A stretch of DNA of 64,000 nt from a virus (taxonomy: Duplodnaviria > Caudoviricetes). Shown piece after piece: positions 16,475-25,812 of the stretch. The DNA lies in IMG/VR virus record IMGVR_UViG_3300031992_000067, positions 18,360 through 82,359 of that record; one strand, given 5' to 3'. Position 1 is the first letter of the stretch. Each line of letters starts with the position of its first letter. Both the position numbers and the translations under genes were made by a program. The notes beneath the pieces were generated by a model that was given only the letters and a program-made list of their open reading frames with translations, did no database searches and was not told the origin of the DNA.

Positions 16475-16530
16475 GAGGCCACTTCGCACGTGTTTTTGCT
16501 TTTCATGGCGTGCGAGTGGCCTCCATTTTT
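16475..16530 (+). other. Intergenic hairpin, terminator-like or processing site
   Basis: GAGGCCACT-T-CGCACG pairs with CGTGCG-AGTGGCCTC, followed by CATTTTT. Confidence 0.55.
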
Positions 16531-16543
16531 CACAGGAGGATTT

Positions 16544-16927
16544 ATGAATCTGATTGGAATGGCCGCCATTGGGGCGGCCGTTCTGGCCTTTGGACCGGGA
16601 TTCCTGGTCCAGGCCGGAATAGGCTATGTGCTTGGCACCGGATGCGGCGCCTACGCGCAGAGCAAGATGAAGAAGCTCCACAATGAGATCTGCCGCCATA
16701 CCGGCGACAGGACTTCGGACATGGACGAACTGTCGGAATACGCCGTCAAGGCCAGTCAGATAGGCGGTGTGATATGCCCCGTCATCCCGCTGGTCTCGGT
16801 CGGCGTTGGCATGGTGTGTGACCGCAGGGCCGAAAAGCTCCGTGCGCAGTCGGCCATTAAAACCGTGAAAGAGGAACGTCCTGCGATAGCCTGCGGCATG
16901 TCAGGGGCGCATGGCGTAAGACTTTAA
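16544..16927 (+). CDS. Gly-rich membrane protein
   Basis: AGGAGG RBS; hydrophobic glycine-zipper-like segments. Confidence 0.65.
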   Translation: MNLIGMAAIGAAVLAFGPGFLVQAGIGYVLGTGCGAYAQSKMKKLHNEICRHTGDRTSDMDELSEYAVKASQIGGVICPVIPLVSVGVGMVCDRRAEKLRAQSAIKTVKEERPAIACGMSGAHGVRL

Positions 16928-16937
16928 GGAGAAACAC

Positions 16938-17210
16938 ATGGCAAAGATGGCAAAGCCCGGGTCTTTGATCCACGGCACGGGACGGTCGCGCCAAGACGTG
17001 GTCGACGACAACGATGTGGAAACAGTATTCAATCATATCATATGGAACGCTGTTGGCTCGGACGCTTATGACAGAATAGCCTGTCTCCTGTGGAGCGATG
17101 TGCTTCAGGACGTAAAGGAGTGCAGCGAGTTCCCTAAGAGGTTTAATGACGATGACGTACGAATGGCCATTGGAAGGGCCCTCTGCAAGAAGCTTGGACT
17201 GGAGGAGTAA
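16938..17210 (+). CDS. Hypothetical protein
   Basis: AAGGAG RBS. Confidence 0.65.
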   Translation: MAKMAKPGSLIHGTGRSRQDVVDDNDVETVFNHIIWNAVGSDAYDRIACLLWSDVLQDVKECSEFPKRFNDDDVRMAIGRALCKKLGLEE

Positions 17211-17214
17211 TGAC

Positions 17215-17808
17215 ATGGTACGCATGGTAGCAATCGGCGCCGCGCTGTTCATGTGCGCTCTAAGCGTGGTGTTTGCCAGAGGCGCATACTACGTCAAAAC
17301 AGATCCAGTTCCGGCATTCGTGTCGGACGACGCCTCGAATCTGTCGGTGGAGACGGTGGAGTGCATGTACCTAAAGCCGGACTTGAGATATATCGAGGCC
17401 GGAGATACGCATTGCGTGATCAACGCGACCGTGCACATAAGGCAGGTTTCGTCAAACTTCTATGACTATGCCTACGCACGCAAGCCTGAAAACAACGCGG
17501 TGGAAGGCGTAATGGCGAGATTTCTGGATTCCGATGGCCGCAGACTGCTGTCGGTGCCATGCGTCGTAACCGGGTCAGACATGATGTGGGGCATGGACGG
17601 CGTCAGGCTGGTGCAGTTCACGTGCTCGTTTATAATGACGCATGGGAGACTGGAGTATCTGCTGGGCCGGGCGTGCAAGGTGTGCTTCGCGGATTCGCGT
17701 GGCAACTTGCTTGACCAATCAGGCAAGCCCATCGAATACACGCTGTCTGATGAGGATATCGAAAAGCTGCGCAATCTGATGTCACTGGTTAAGCGCAACA
17801 TAGGATGA
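17215..17808 (+). CDS. Hypothetical protein with N-terminal signal or TM segment
   Basis: MVRMVAIGAALFMCALSVVFA; GGAGG RBS. Confidence 0.6.
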   Translation: MVRMVAIGAALFMCALSVVFARGAYYVKTDPVPAFVSDDASNLSVETVECMYLKPDLRYIEAGDTHCVINATVHIRQVSSNFYDYAYARKPENNAVEGVMARFLDSDGRRLLSVPCVVTGSDMMWGMDGVRLVQFTCSFIMTHGRLEYLLGRACKVCFADSRGNLLDQSGKPIEYTLSDEDIEKLRNLMSLVKRNIG

Positions 17809-17812
17809 TGAG

Positions 17813-18199
17813 ATGATAACCGAGAAGGTTGTCGAGCGGCTGCTCGACCTGTTGGACGAGTCGGTAAGCAAGTTCCGGACGCATATTACGCCGGGTCCAG
17901 AATGGCTGAGCGAGGTAAACTGGCTGGTTCACGACCTACGACGTGACCTGGATTTGCAGCGGTTTGAGTTCGAAGGTCTGGCCCCGTACTCCGAGCTGAA
18001 GAAGCTCAAGGACAGGATCGACGAACTGGAGAAGGACAACAACAAGCTTGAAGACGAGCTTGACGAGGCCCCTGACCAAGACGAGTTCAACGAGCTGGTC
18101 GAGGATAACGAGGATCTCAGGAAGCGGCTGTCCGAGCTGGACAAGCTAATCGACGAGCTCACAAAAACCGGCATGGAGGACAAGGGTGTTCACGCATAA
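17813..18199 (+). CDS. Coiled-coil hypothetical protein
   Basis: Heptad-rich acidic C-terminal half. Confidence 0.6.
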   Translation: MITEKVVERLLDLLDESVSKFRTHITPGPEWLSEVNWLVHDLRRDLDLQRFEFEGLAPYSELKKLKDRIDELEKDNNKLEDELDEAPDQDEFNELVEDNEDLRKRLSELDKLIDELTKTGMEDKGVHA

Positions 18200-18485
18200 A
18201 TTCTCGGATGTCAAAGGGGACGAATGCCCAAACAGCTATGACTACAAACAGGTTAGAAAGAAGTACGAGGCAGGCGGGTACTGCAACTTCGGTATGGACA
18301 AGCTTCTGGCCTATGGTTTCATAGACTATCGCGGTTGGAGATACGTATTCCACGACAAGGGCGAGCTACGCCGGTACCTGTATCTCCTTGACAACGGGGA
18401 CACCGGAACGGGCTGGGCTCCGAGCATAAAGCTGCTTGAAAGGAACCTGCACCACAAGTTGGCAAGGGCATTCAGGATAAGCTAA
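18186..18485 (+). CDS. Hypothetical protein
   Basis: GTG start after GGAGG. Confidence 0.6.
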   Translation: MFTHKFSDVKGDECPNSYDYKQVRKKYEAGGYCNFGMDKLLAYGFIDYRGWRYVFHDKGELRRYLYLLDNGDTGTGWAPSIKLLERNLHHKLARAFRIS

Positions 18486-18498
18486 AAAGGGACCAAAT

Positions 18499-18882
18499 AT
18501 GATGGTATGGCTTGAAGGCGTTGAAGGCGCCTCGCTGGCAGGCATCCAGGTGTTCAGGACCTGGGAGAACCTGCGTGAGCATTGGCGTTTGAATCACAAC
18601 GCCAGTAAAGCGCTGCTCGCCAGTCTTGACGAAGATGTGCGGAAGCTTATGAACGGCACCGCCATGTTCGCGGAGGTTGGATTTTACACGCAGGGAGACT
18701 ATGGAGCAATACACTATTGTGCGCGACCCGTGGTCGTGGACGACTGGTACGAAACCCCGGCCGATCGTGTCGAGGCGCTCAAGGGTGCTAGATTCACGCG
18801 GGACGAGATTGAGGACGCCCGTGGCATTCTGAACACCGTTGAGCAAGTGTTAAACAAGGAGGAGAACGATGACAACCAATGA
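18499..18882 (+). CDS. Hypothetical protein
   Basis: ORF in operon. Confidence 0.6.
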   Translation: MMVWLEGVEGASLAGIQVFRTWENLREHWRLNHNASKALLASLDEDVRKLMNGTAMFAEVGFYTQGDYGAIHYCARPVVVDDWYETPADRVEALKGARFTRDEIEDARGILNTVEQVLNKEENDDNQ

Positions 18883-19381
18883 ACCTACCGGCGTTGAACT
18901 GCCGGTGACACAGGACGAAATCAACAAGTGGATCGTTGACGCAGGTCTCAAGGCCGTCACGGCCAAGCGCCTGTGCAACGTGATCGACAAGCTCGGAATC
19001 GACGGATTCGCGGCGTCAGGCAAGGGCGTATGGAACGAGACGTACCACACGTGTGTTGAATCCAACGTAGACCTTGGAAAGGCCGGGCTCAAGGTCTTCG
19101 AGGACTGCGCCCGCTTCATCAAGGAGCGCAAGTTCCAGAAGAAACTCGAGATCCGCAAGCAAGAGAAGGCCAAGGCCGAAGAGGCCGCAATGGAGGCCGA
19201 ACTCGCCAAGAAAGTGGCCGAAGACGAAAAGCGGATCAACCCGAAGTTCACACGTGCGCAAATGAAGAAGGTCGCGGACTTCATGGAGATGGAGGACATC
19301 CCGGAGGTCGACCTGAGGTGGGTCAACGACTTCTTCAAGATGTTCCCCGTCAAAGAACCGGAACAAACCAAGGAGAACTAA
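18869..19381 (+). CDS. Hypothetical protein
   Basis: GGAG RBS, 170 aa. Confidence 0.65.
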   Translation: MTTNEPTGVELPVTQDEINKWIVDAGLKAVTAKRLCNVIDKLGIDGFAASGKGVWNETYHTCVESNVDLGKAGLKVFEDCARFIKERKFQKKLEIRKQEKAKAEEAAMEAELAKKVAEDEKRINPKFTRAQMKKVADFMEMEDIPEVDLRWVNDFFKMFPVKEPEQTKEN

Positions 19382-19581
19382 TGAAGGCCAAGCCATGCAC
19401 GGTATATGCCAACAACCGCTGGGGCTACTGCTACCAGCCGTTGAAGTGCGGCAGTATCAAGGAGGCGAAGGAACTTGTGCGAAACGCCGGGTTCTTCTTC
19501 GCCAGGATTGTCCCAGACAAAGTTCCAGGCACTACTGAGAAGGCGTGCGGGCGTGTTATCCGCATGTACGGGAGGTACTGA
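19381..19581 (+). CDS. Hypothetical protein
   Basis: TAATG overlap. Confidence 0.6.
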   Translation: MKAKPCTVYANNRWGYCYQPLKCGSIKEAKELVRNAGFFFARIVPDKVPGTTEKACGRVIRMYGRY

Positions 19582-19934
19582 TGGGATCTGGAAACAGGAT
19601 AAAGCAGAGGCACACGAACGAACAGTTCCTTGAGATGGTTGAATACTACTACAAGGACTGGGAGGAGGCCAAGGACAACCTCAAGCACACGACGCTGAAC
19701 CTGATCGTTGGAATGCTGGGCATGTTCCACAACAAGACATGCTGGCTGACCACTGTATACTGGGGCGCGAACGACGTGGTGTACGTCAAACTGGTAAGCC
19801 GTGACAGGGATCCTCAGGTCGTGTTCGGGTCCGACTTAGACAAGGTTGAACGCGATGTGTTCGACCTGCCATTCGAAACCATGGCCAGTATCGCCGAGGA
19901 ACTGCACGACGTTGTGACCCATAGGACGGTGTGA
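19581..19934 (+). CDS. Hypothetical protein
   Basis: TGATG overlap. Confidence 0.6.
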   Translation: MGSGNRIKQRHTNEQFLEMVEYYYKDWEEAKDNLKHTTLNLIVGMLGMFHNKTCWLTTVYWGANDVVYVKLVSRDRDPQVVFGSDLDKVERDVFDLPFETMASIAEELHDVVTHRTV

Positions 19935-19935
19935 C

Positions 19936-20352
19936 ATGACGATTCCAGAGGTTGTAAAGGCGATGCGCCACTCCGTTCGGCCGGTAAGCTACGGCGGCGA
20001 CATAGTGAGCGCCACGATGCCCGTTCCGGCCGACATCGAACTGTGGGCATGCCGAATCGACGAGGCATACGGAGAGCTGGTGTCGGAACTGGTCAAGTTG
20101 AGTCGCGGCATTGACGGCATGCATCCGAATGACTGCGACGGCTGCGAACCGTCGGACGAGTACCTCAAGGAATACGCCGAGTCCGTTGACGCCAAGTACC
20201 CTCCGGAAGAAAGGAACGACGCCTGGACCGAAGACGCCAGGTGGGACATGGACTGTTGCGAGCAGTGCGGTAACAGCGACTGCGCCACGGTCAAGCTGCG
20301 CGAGTTCGTGGCTGCGCTCAAGTCAGAAGTCGGTGAAAAGGAGAAGAAATGA
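19936..20352 (+). CDS. Hypothetical protein with two CxxC motifs
   Basis: CDGC and CEQC...C. Confidence 0.6.
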   Translation: MTIPEVVKAMRHSVRPVSYGGDIVSATMPVPADIELWACRIDEAYGELVSELVKLSRGIDGMHPNDCDGCEPSDEYLKEYAESVDAKYPPEERNDAWTEDARWDMDCCEQCGNSDCATVKLREFVAALKSEVGEKEKK

Positions 20353-21428
20353 AGATAATGCACGTTTCAGACCTCCACCTGGGCTGCCGCCAGTACGGCA
20401 TGGCCAGGCGCGAGGAGGACTTCTACACGGCGCTGGACAACATACTTGCCATTGTCAGTGATAAAAAAGTCGATAACGTAATCCTGGCTGGTGACGTATT
20501 TGACAGCCCGAAGCCGCCGGCTAAGGCCGTGCTGAAAATGACGGAGTTCGTGAGAAACCTCTCGTACGCCGGAATCCCGGTGTACGGAATCGAGGGAAAC
20601 CACGACAAGACTCAGGACAGCTACTGGCTTCGGGTGTGCGGTATACGACCGCTATACGGGGACAGCAAGTGGAATCTCGGCGACGGCGTATTCGCCTTCG
20701 GCCTTAACTTCGACCGTACCGAGGAGGTGCTTTCCTCGCTGGAGAAATTGGCGTACAACGCAGGCAAAATCCAGCTGATGGCGCTTCATCTGGGCGTGGC
20801 CGAGATGGGGGCCGGGTTCAACCCGGACTTGTCGCTGGACCAGCTGGCACCGCTCCTGGAGGAGCTGGGCGTACAGTACTGCGCGCTCGGGCACATTCAC
20901 GTGCCGTCGGCGCAGAAGCGAGGGAACATCTGGTTCGTCCAGCCAGGCTCCATCGAGATGAAGTCCATTGACGAACCACAGGAAAAGGGCGTCGAAATCG
21001 TGGAGTTCAAGGACGGCAAGGTCATGAGCATGGAGCGCGTGGGCTTCCCCACCCGCAGGGTGCAGTTCCTTGACATCCGCTATGACGCGGACCTCGATCA
21101 GCTGACAGCCGGGCGTGCGGATGAACTAAGGGACGCGCTCGTAGTGGCGTATGTCCTGAACTCCATTCCAGACGGGGTGCGCCGCGTGACGGACTGGGGG
21201 CGCGAGCACGAGCTTATGTGCCGCGTGATGCCGGTCGGCGATGACGCAAAGGTTCAAAAGGAGTACGACAGGTCAAACTCCATGAATCTTCTCAATGAGG
21301 CCGTGGAGACCTTCTTCGACGAGGACTCCGAGCAGTACAAGCTCGTCCTGGACATCCTCCACACCGGAAATCCGAGGCTGGTGATGGAGCGCTACATGAA
21401 TTCGGACACAGACAAGGAGAACGCATAA
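20349..21428 (+). CDS. sbcD: SbcD/Mre11/gp47-like metallophosphoesterase nuclease
   Basis: SDLHLG, AGDVFD, GNHD, ALGHIH and PGS motifs. Confidence 0.9.
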   Translation: MKIMHVSDLHLGCRQYGMARREEDFYTALDNILAIVSDKKVDNVILAGDVFDSPKPPAKAVLKMTEFVRNLSYAGIPVYGIEGNHDKTQDSYWLRVCGIRPLYGDSKWNLGDGVFAFGLNFDRTEEVLSSLEKLAYNAGKIQLMALHLGVAEMGAGFNPDLSLDQLAPLLEELGVQYCALGHIHVPSAQKRGNIWFVQPGSIEMKSIDEPQEKGVEIVEFKDGKVMSMERVGFPTRRVQFLDIRYDADLDQLTAGRADELRDALVVAYVLNSIPDGVRRVTDWGREHELMCRVMPVGDDAKVQKEYDRSNSMNLLNEAVETFFDEDSEQYKLVLDILHTGNPRLVMERYMNSDTDKENA

Positions 21429-21868
21429 TGCAACTGACAATCGAGATACGACTGAACAATGGTGACCCGTGCCGCGTGGTTTATGAGGACGGCGCGATTC
21501 GCAAGTTCAACATCGAGATCCCCGGAACGTCCAAGGACCAGGTTAACGAGGCCAAGCTCATCCAGGCCGCACAGGGTCTGGCAGCGTATGAGGATGTCAT
21601 CCCGTCACTCGTCAATGAGCTAAACGATATGATGAATGTTCCGGAAGAGCCTCCTCAGCCTTCTACACCACCTCAACCACCGGCCGGCATCGCCATCGAC
21701 ATGTCCGGGGAGCCGCATGTTGTTTCCACCGAAATCACCGAAGCCGAGGCGGAGAGCATGGACCCGGACAGTTCTGGCTATGAAGACACAACCCGTGCAG
21801 AGGCGGAGCTGGAAAACGACCCGGTAGCCAAGGACGCTTTTCCGTTTAATGGAGGGGAGCCGGCATGA
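21428..21868 (+). CDS. Hypothetical protein with Pro-rich acidic C-terminus
   Basis: TAATG overlap. Confidence 0.6.
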   Translation: MQLTIEIRLNNGDPCRVVYEDGAIRKFNIEIPGTSKDQVNEAKLIQAAQGLAAYEDVIPSLVNELNDMMNVPEEPPQPSTPPQPPAGIAIDMSGEPHVVSTEITEAEAESMDPDSSGYEDTTRAEAELENDPVAKDAFPFNGGEPA

Positions 21869-22347
21869 CATACCCTCTCTTCGTAGACGTTGACTTCGAG
21901 CCCGTCGGAGAAGGTGAGACCCCCACGCCGCTTACCCCGGTGTCGGGGGTTTACCTGGGATACGAGGGCGAGAACGGCCTGGAGGCGTCGGAGTACTTTG
22001 ACTGGGCTGCCGTCGCCGAGTACATCCGGGATTTCACATCCCAGTTCACCACGCGTATCGTAGGGTGGGACTTGAGGAACCTTGTGTGGCCGGCCATCGT
22101 CATGAACATCGTGTCGATGGGAGTCGATTTCCCGTCCAAGCTTGTAATTCCAATGGAGCGCAAGTGGAACGACGTTCCGATGGTGGACCTGAGGAACGTA
22201 GTGCTCCAGGGAGGGTTCTCGGATCGGAACATCAGCCTTGGAGACGCGTATCTGGCACTGACAAACTCAGCGGCTGACTTGAGCGGATCCAACAGGCTCA
22301 TCGCGATACGCGACATTTACAACATGTACGTGAAGTACGACAAGTAG
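21865..22347 (+). CDS. Hypothetical protein, possibly degenerate DnaQ/PolB-exonuclease-like fold
   Basis: FVDVDFE, IVGWD, VDLR and ISLG resemble DEDD exonuclease layout without a full catalytic set. Confidence 0.35.
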   Translation: MTYPLFVDVDFEPVGEGETPTPLTPVSGVYLGYEGENGLEASEYFDWAAVAEYIRDFTSQFTTRIVGWDLRNLVWPAIVMNIVSMGVDFPSKLVIPMERKWNDVPMVDLRNVVLQGGFSDRNISLGDAYLALTNSAADLSGSNRLIAIRDIYNMYVKYDK

Positions 22348-22356
22348 GAGACAAGT

Positions 22357-22599
22357 ATGCGAAACATACCAGACAAGGACATGGCGATGATAACCGACTC
22401 CGTCGAGAGCCGCATCGTCGAGGCGCTTACGCCTCTGTACAACCAGCTGGCAGAACAGTATGGATTCCCAAAGACCAACGCGGACGACATGTACGACGAG
22501 GGGATCGACACCGGCAAGCTACAGGAGATGCGTGAGCTCGCCATCCAGATGTTCTACCACTTAGGAATGGACATCCAAGGTGACGGAAAGGGATTCTAG
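22357..22599 (+). CDS. Hypothetical protein
   Basis: AGGAG RBS. Confidence 0.6.
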   Translation: MRNIPDKDMAMITDSVESRIVEALTPLYNQLAEQYGFPKTNADDMYDEGIDTGKLQEMRELAIQMFYHLGMDIQGDGKGF

Positions 22600-22612
22600 G
22601 AGGAGAAAAACG

Positions 22613-22903
22613 ATGACGAAAGAAGCTGAAGTAAAGTTATGCAAGGCCGCGGAAAAGGTGTTTGAACTCCGCGCCCAGAAGAAGGCAATTGAGGAAGAAC
22701 TCAAGGGCTATGAGGATGAACTCAAGCAAGGGCTCAACGAGAACAGCCTGATTTCTGGCAGGTTCGGGTACTACAACGTGAAGCTCACGAAGGTTGCAGC
22801 GTCAAAGGTGGTGGACACCGTGGCGCTCAAGGCCGCCGGGCTCTTCGAAAAGTACTCAAAGGACAAGGCCGGGTACGACAAGCTCACCGTGGAGAAGGCG
22901 TAA
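22613..22903 (+). CDS. Hypothetical coiled-coil protein
   Basis: GGAGG RBS. Confidence 0.65.
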   Translation: MTKEAEVKLCKAAEKVFELRAQKKAIEEELKGYEDELKQGLNENSLISGRFGYYNVKLTKVAASKVVDTVALKAAGLFEKYSKDKAGYDKLTVEKA

Positions 22904-23443
22904 ATGGATCTTGGATTTCTAGACGGCCTTGCCGAGCCGACAAAGTCGGAATGCCGGCGGTTGATTGCCGCCGCAATCGACATCAAGTCCGGCAAGCTGG
23001 CCGATGCCGTGATAAAGCTCCAGGCCTTCGCGGCCAACTGGCGTGTGGACCATCCGGACCTTCCGCTGGTACCCAGGCCGGACTACAAGAACGTCGAGGA
23101 CAACCGGACGCCCACGGACAAACAGAAGGAGTACGCGCTCAAGGTGTCGATGTATACCGGCGTGCGACTCCCGGCGAAGTTCACCAGGTCGGAGATCTCA
23201 AAGTTCCTCGACGAGAACGCCCCGAAGTTATACAAGATCCTGGCGGACGCCAAAGAGCAGGGTGAGAACGCCGAACCGTTAATAACGGAGGAAGAGGCCG
23301 TTATGGACCTGAAGTCGGGTGCGTCCTGCGGCGTCGGTTCAGGAAGCTCCGGATGCAAGCGGTGCCAGGAGCGCCAGAAGGAATACACGGAGAATCACAA
23401 GGACGACGGAGAAGTCCAATACGCGGATGAAATGCCATTCTAG
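22904..23443 (+). CDS. Hypothetical protein
   Basis: Abuts upstream stop; 179 aa. Confidence 0.6.
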   Translation: MDLGFLDGLAEPTKSECRRLIAAAIDIKSGKLADAVIKLQAFAANWRVDHPDLPLVPRPDYKNVEDNRTPTDKQKEYALKVSMYTGVRLPAKFTRSEISKFLDENAPKLYKILADAKEQGENAEPLITEEEAVMDLKSGASCGVGSGSSGCKRCQERQKEYTENHKDDGEVQYADEMPF

Positions 23444-23445
23444 GA

Positions 23446-23766
23446 ATGGTTATGAAGAAGTACACGCTTAATGGCATACGAAAGTCGGAAAGACGGCTTA
23501 AAAAGTGTCCGTTTTGCGGTAAGAGGCCTAAAATCGTCTTCACGGACGACGAAGGCAATCCCAAGAACCAGGACTCCGAGGAGTATCTGGACGAACCGTG
23601 GTCTGGGCTTTATTTCTGGATCTCGCATCCGGAGAAGGATTGCGTAATCAGAACGGACTGGCGCGATCGTGACCACTACACGTGGGCGTACGACGCGCCT
23701 GAAGCCGCCGTCAGGGACTGGAACAGGAGGAAAAATGACAAAGTTGCCAAACCCGCCAAAAAGTAA
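23446..23766 (+). CDS. Lar family restriction alleviation-like protein
   Basis: LKKCPFCG near N-terminus and AVRDWNRR at C-terminus. Confidence 0.6.
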   Translation: MVMKKYTLNGIRKSERRLKKCPFCGKRPKIVFTDDEGNPKNQDSEEYLDEPWSGLYFWISHPEKDCVIRTDWRDRDHYTWAYDAPEAAVRDWNRRKNDKVAKPAKK

Positions 23767-24013
23767 AAAGCTGACCAAGAAGGTCGGTCTTGAATGCCTG
23801 GCGATACTGAACGACATTGACCGCGTGCTGTTTGACAGCATGGCGCTGTGGCGTCCCGCCATGTGGATGACGATAGGCATCGCCGCAAAGACGGACGATG
23901 TAAACACATGGCTTCAGGAGCTCCACGACCGGATAGGCGCTGCGCGTGCGAACCTCAACGCATGGCACGACGCCGAGAAGGAGAAGGCGAAATGCCGAAA
24001 AGGGAGGAAGTGA
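23735..24013 (+). CDS. Hypothetical protein
   Basis: AGGAGG RBS. Confidence 0.6.
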   Translation: MTKLPNPPKSKKLTKKVGLECLAILNDIDRVLFDSMALWRPAMWMTIGIAAKTDDVNTWLQELHDRIGAARANLNAWHDAEKEKAKCRKGRK

Positions 24014-24213
24014 TCTCCGTTGACAATCCGGAGTTCGCCATTCTGGTACTGGGCGTGGAACGTCTGAACCGCGCCCGGTACCTGTGGAAGGGCAAGGATA
24101 GGACATACCCTGTAGACGAGATGACCGATGAGCATCTGGAGAACACGATAGCCCTGTTGCACAGGGTCATCGAGAAGAAAGACACCGTACTCGAGAACAA
24201 GGAGGAGCTATGA
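24010..24213 (+). CDS. Hypothetical protein
   Basis: GTGA overlap; EMTDEHLENTIALL motif. Confidence 0.55.
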   Translation: MISVDNPEFAILVLGVERLNRARYLWKGKDRTYPVDEMTDEHLENTIALLHRVIEKKDTVLENKEEL

Positions 24214-24785
24214 CACGGGAAGAAGAGGAATTGTGCGCCAGGATCAGGGAGACTGGCATGAAAAAGCTGGCGGAACGGCTTGACCGCCTTTCAGAGGTGA
24301 CTGGCGTGCCGTGGTCGCGTGATTGCCTGGAGCACAGCGTATATGCGGCGACAAAAGCCATGTGCGAGGCCGTATACGACTGGATACACGAGGTGTACTG
24401 CGAGCAGCGCGCCGGACGGGATACGTTCAGGAACCATGGCATAAGAGTCGACGACCTGGACTACGCCTATTACGGAGGCGACGTCTCAGGGAACATGACT
24501 CTTGGCGACGGCGACTCCAGAAGGGAGATCAAGCTCGGGGGGCACGCCACCTGTTACGGCGGCAGGATCGCCTACCCGAGCATGAGGTGGAGCTACAAGA
24601 ACGACAACACGTCTACACAAGTCCTTGACCTTCTGGCCGATGATCTGAGGTACGTGGACGACCTTGTCGATTTCTGCGTCCGCTACAAGGCCGCAAAAGG
24701 CGAACTTGACGGCATCAAGGTCAACGAAAGCCTGGAGCGCGCCGCAAAGGCCCGACACCAGCTGGAGCTGCTGGAGAAACTTTAG
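24210..24785 (+). CDS. Hypothetical protein (paralog of 32455-32997)
   Basis: C-terminal KARHQLELLEKL vs KAMHQLELLRKL. Confidence 0.65.
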   Translation: MTREEEELCARIRETGMKKLAERLDRLSEVTGVPWSRDCLEHSVYAATKAMCEAVYDWIHEVYCEQRAGRDTFRNHGIRVDDLDYAYYGGDVSGNMTLGDGDSRREIKLGGHATCYGGRIAYPSMRWSYKNDNTSTQVLDLLADDLRYVDDLVDFCVRYKAAKGELDGIKVNESLERAAKARHQLELLEKL

Positions 24786-24793
24786 GAGGCGGC

Positions 24794-25144
24794 ATGAGCT
24801 TTAATGACTGTTTGTCCGGACTGCCCAAAATCAACTGGGCCAGGGTCAACCGGGAGAACGCACAGTATTACGCGGAGTCATACTGGTGCGTGGTTCACTA
24901 CGAGACAAACCGCGTGTGGCGCCACGGGTATCCGAGCGACATCACCAAGAACTGGGACAAGACGCATCCCATACGAGGGTTCGACCATGCCGAACGCCGT
25001 ATGCGCTGGCTAACCACTGGCGACAGGGGCCTGTGGAAGATTCGAGAAGTGTCTCCATACGAGTTGGAGCACGACTGTATCAGCAGCAAGGACAACCTTG
25101 GCAACGACGTCTACACGTTCAAAGACCTGAAGTACCCAGCGTAA
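24794..25144 (+). CDS. Hypothetical protein
   Basis: AGGAGG RBS. Confidence 0.6.
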   Translation: MSFNDCLSGLPKINWARVNRENAQYYAESYWCVVHYETNRVWRHGYPSDITKNWDKTHPIRGFDHAERRMRWLTTGDRGLWKIREVSPYELEHDCISSKDNLGNDVYTFKDLKYPA

Positions 25145-25166
25145 TACGCAACTGTAAGCAAGGATA

Positions 25167-25412
25167 ATGGACATGCCAAACTTGGAAGATGTCTCAGAGT
25201 ACATGAAGGGCGTGGTGTGCAAGCCTTACAGCGATGGCGTGGACTATGACAAGATGGCCGAAAAGTTCCGGAAGCTAATATCCAGCACCCTTGGCACTGA
25301 TAAGTTTGAAATCACCAAAGGTGAAACTCCAGGATCTCTCGTCGTCAATCTGTCGCCTGAGGCTATCGCGGCATACAATACCTTTATGGGGGAGGGATGT
25401 CATGAAGCTTGA
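25167..25412 (+). CDS. Hypothetical protein
   Basis: ORF in operon. Confidence 0.55.
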   Translation: MDMPNLEDVSEYMKGVVCKPYSDGVDYDKMAEKFRKLISSTLGTDKFEITKGETPGSLVVNLSPEAIAAYNTFMGEGCHEA

Positions 25413-25812
25413 TTTTGACAAGCTTGACAACCGGATGCGTCTGGCGTTGAAGCAGAAATGCCTGATCGAGAAGGCCAGTCCGCGATGGCCTGGCGAGTAT
25501 GAGAGACAAGAGGCTGACAAAAGAATTTCAGACTCGGAGCTGAAAGAATGGTTCGACGGCTATGACGGCGAGTTTTCTGAAGACGACTTGTGGCCCGAGG
25601 ACACAAAACTTGTCGAATCAGGTGTGTTTCGCAGCCTCTCCGAAGACGAACAGATGGAAGCTCTTGAACTTCTTTCGCAGGCCTGCTCGGATCTTGATGC
25701 GTATGCATGCGACCGAGGATTCAGTTCATCCGCCGATGCTGACGACCCGAAGGCGTTCCTGCTGAAAGTCGGGTATTTCAAAAGGGTGTGGGATGGAAAG
25801 GACAGGACATGA
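25402..25812 (+). CDS. Hypothetical protein
   Basis: ORF in operon. Confidence 0.55.
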   Translation: MKLDFDKLDNRMRLALKQKCLIEKASPRWPGEYERQEADKRISDSELKEWFDGYDGEFSEDDLWPEDTKLVESGVFRSLSEDEQMEALELLSQACSDLDAYACDRGFSSSADADDPKAFLLKVGYFKRVWDGKDRT

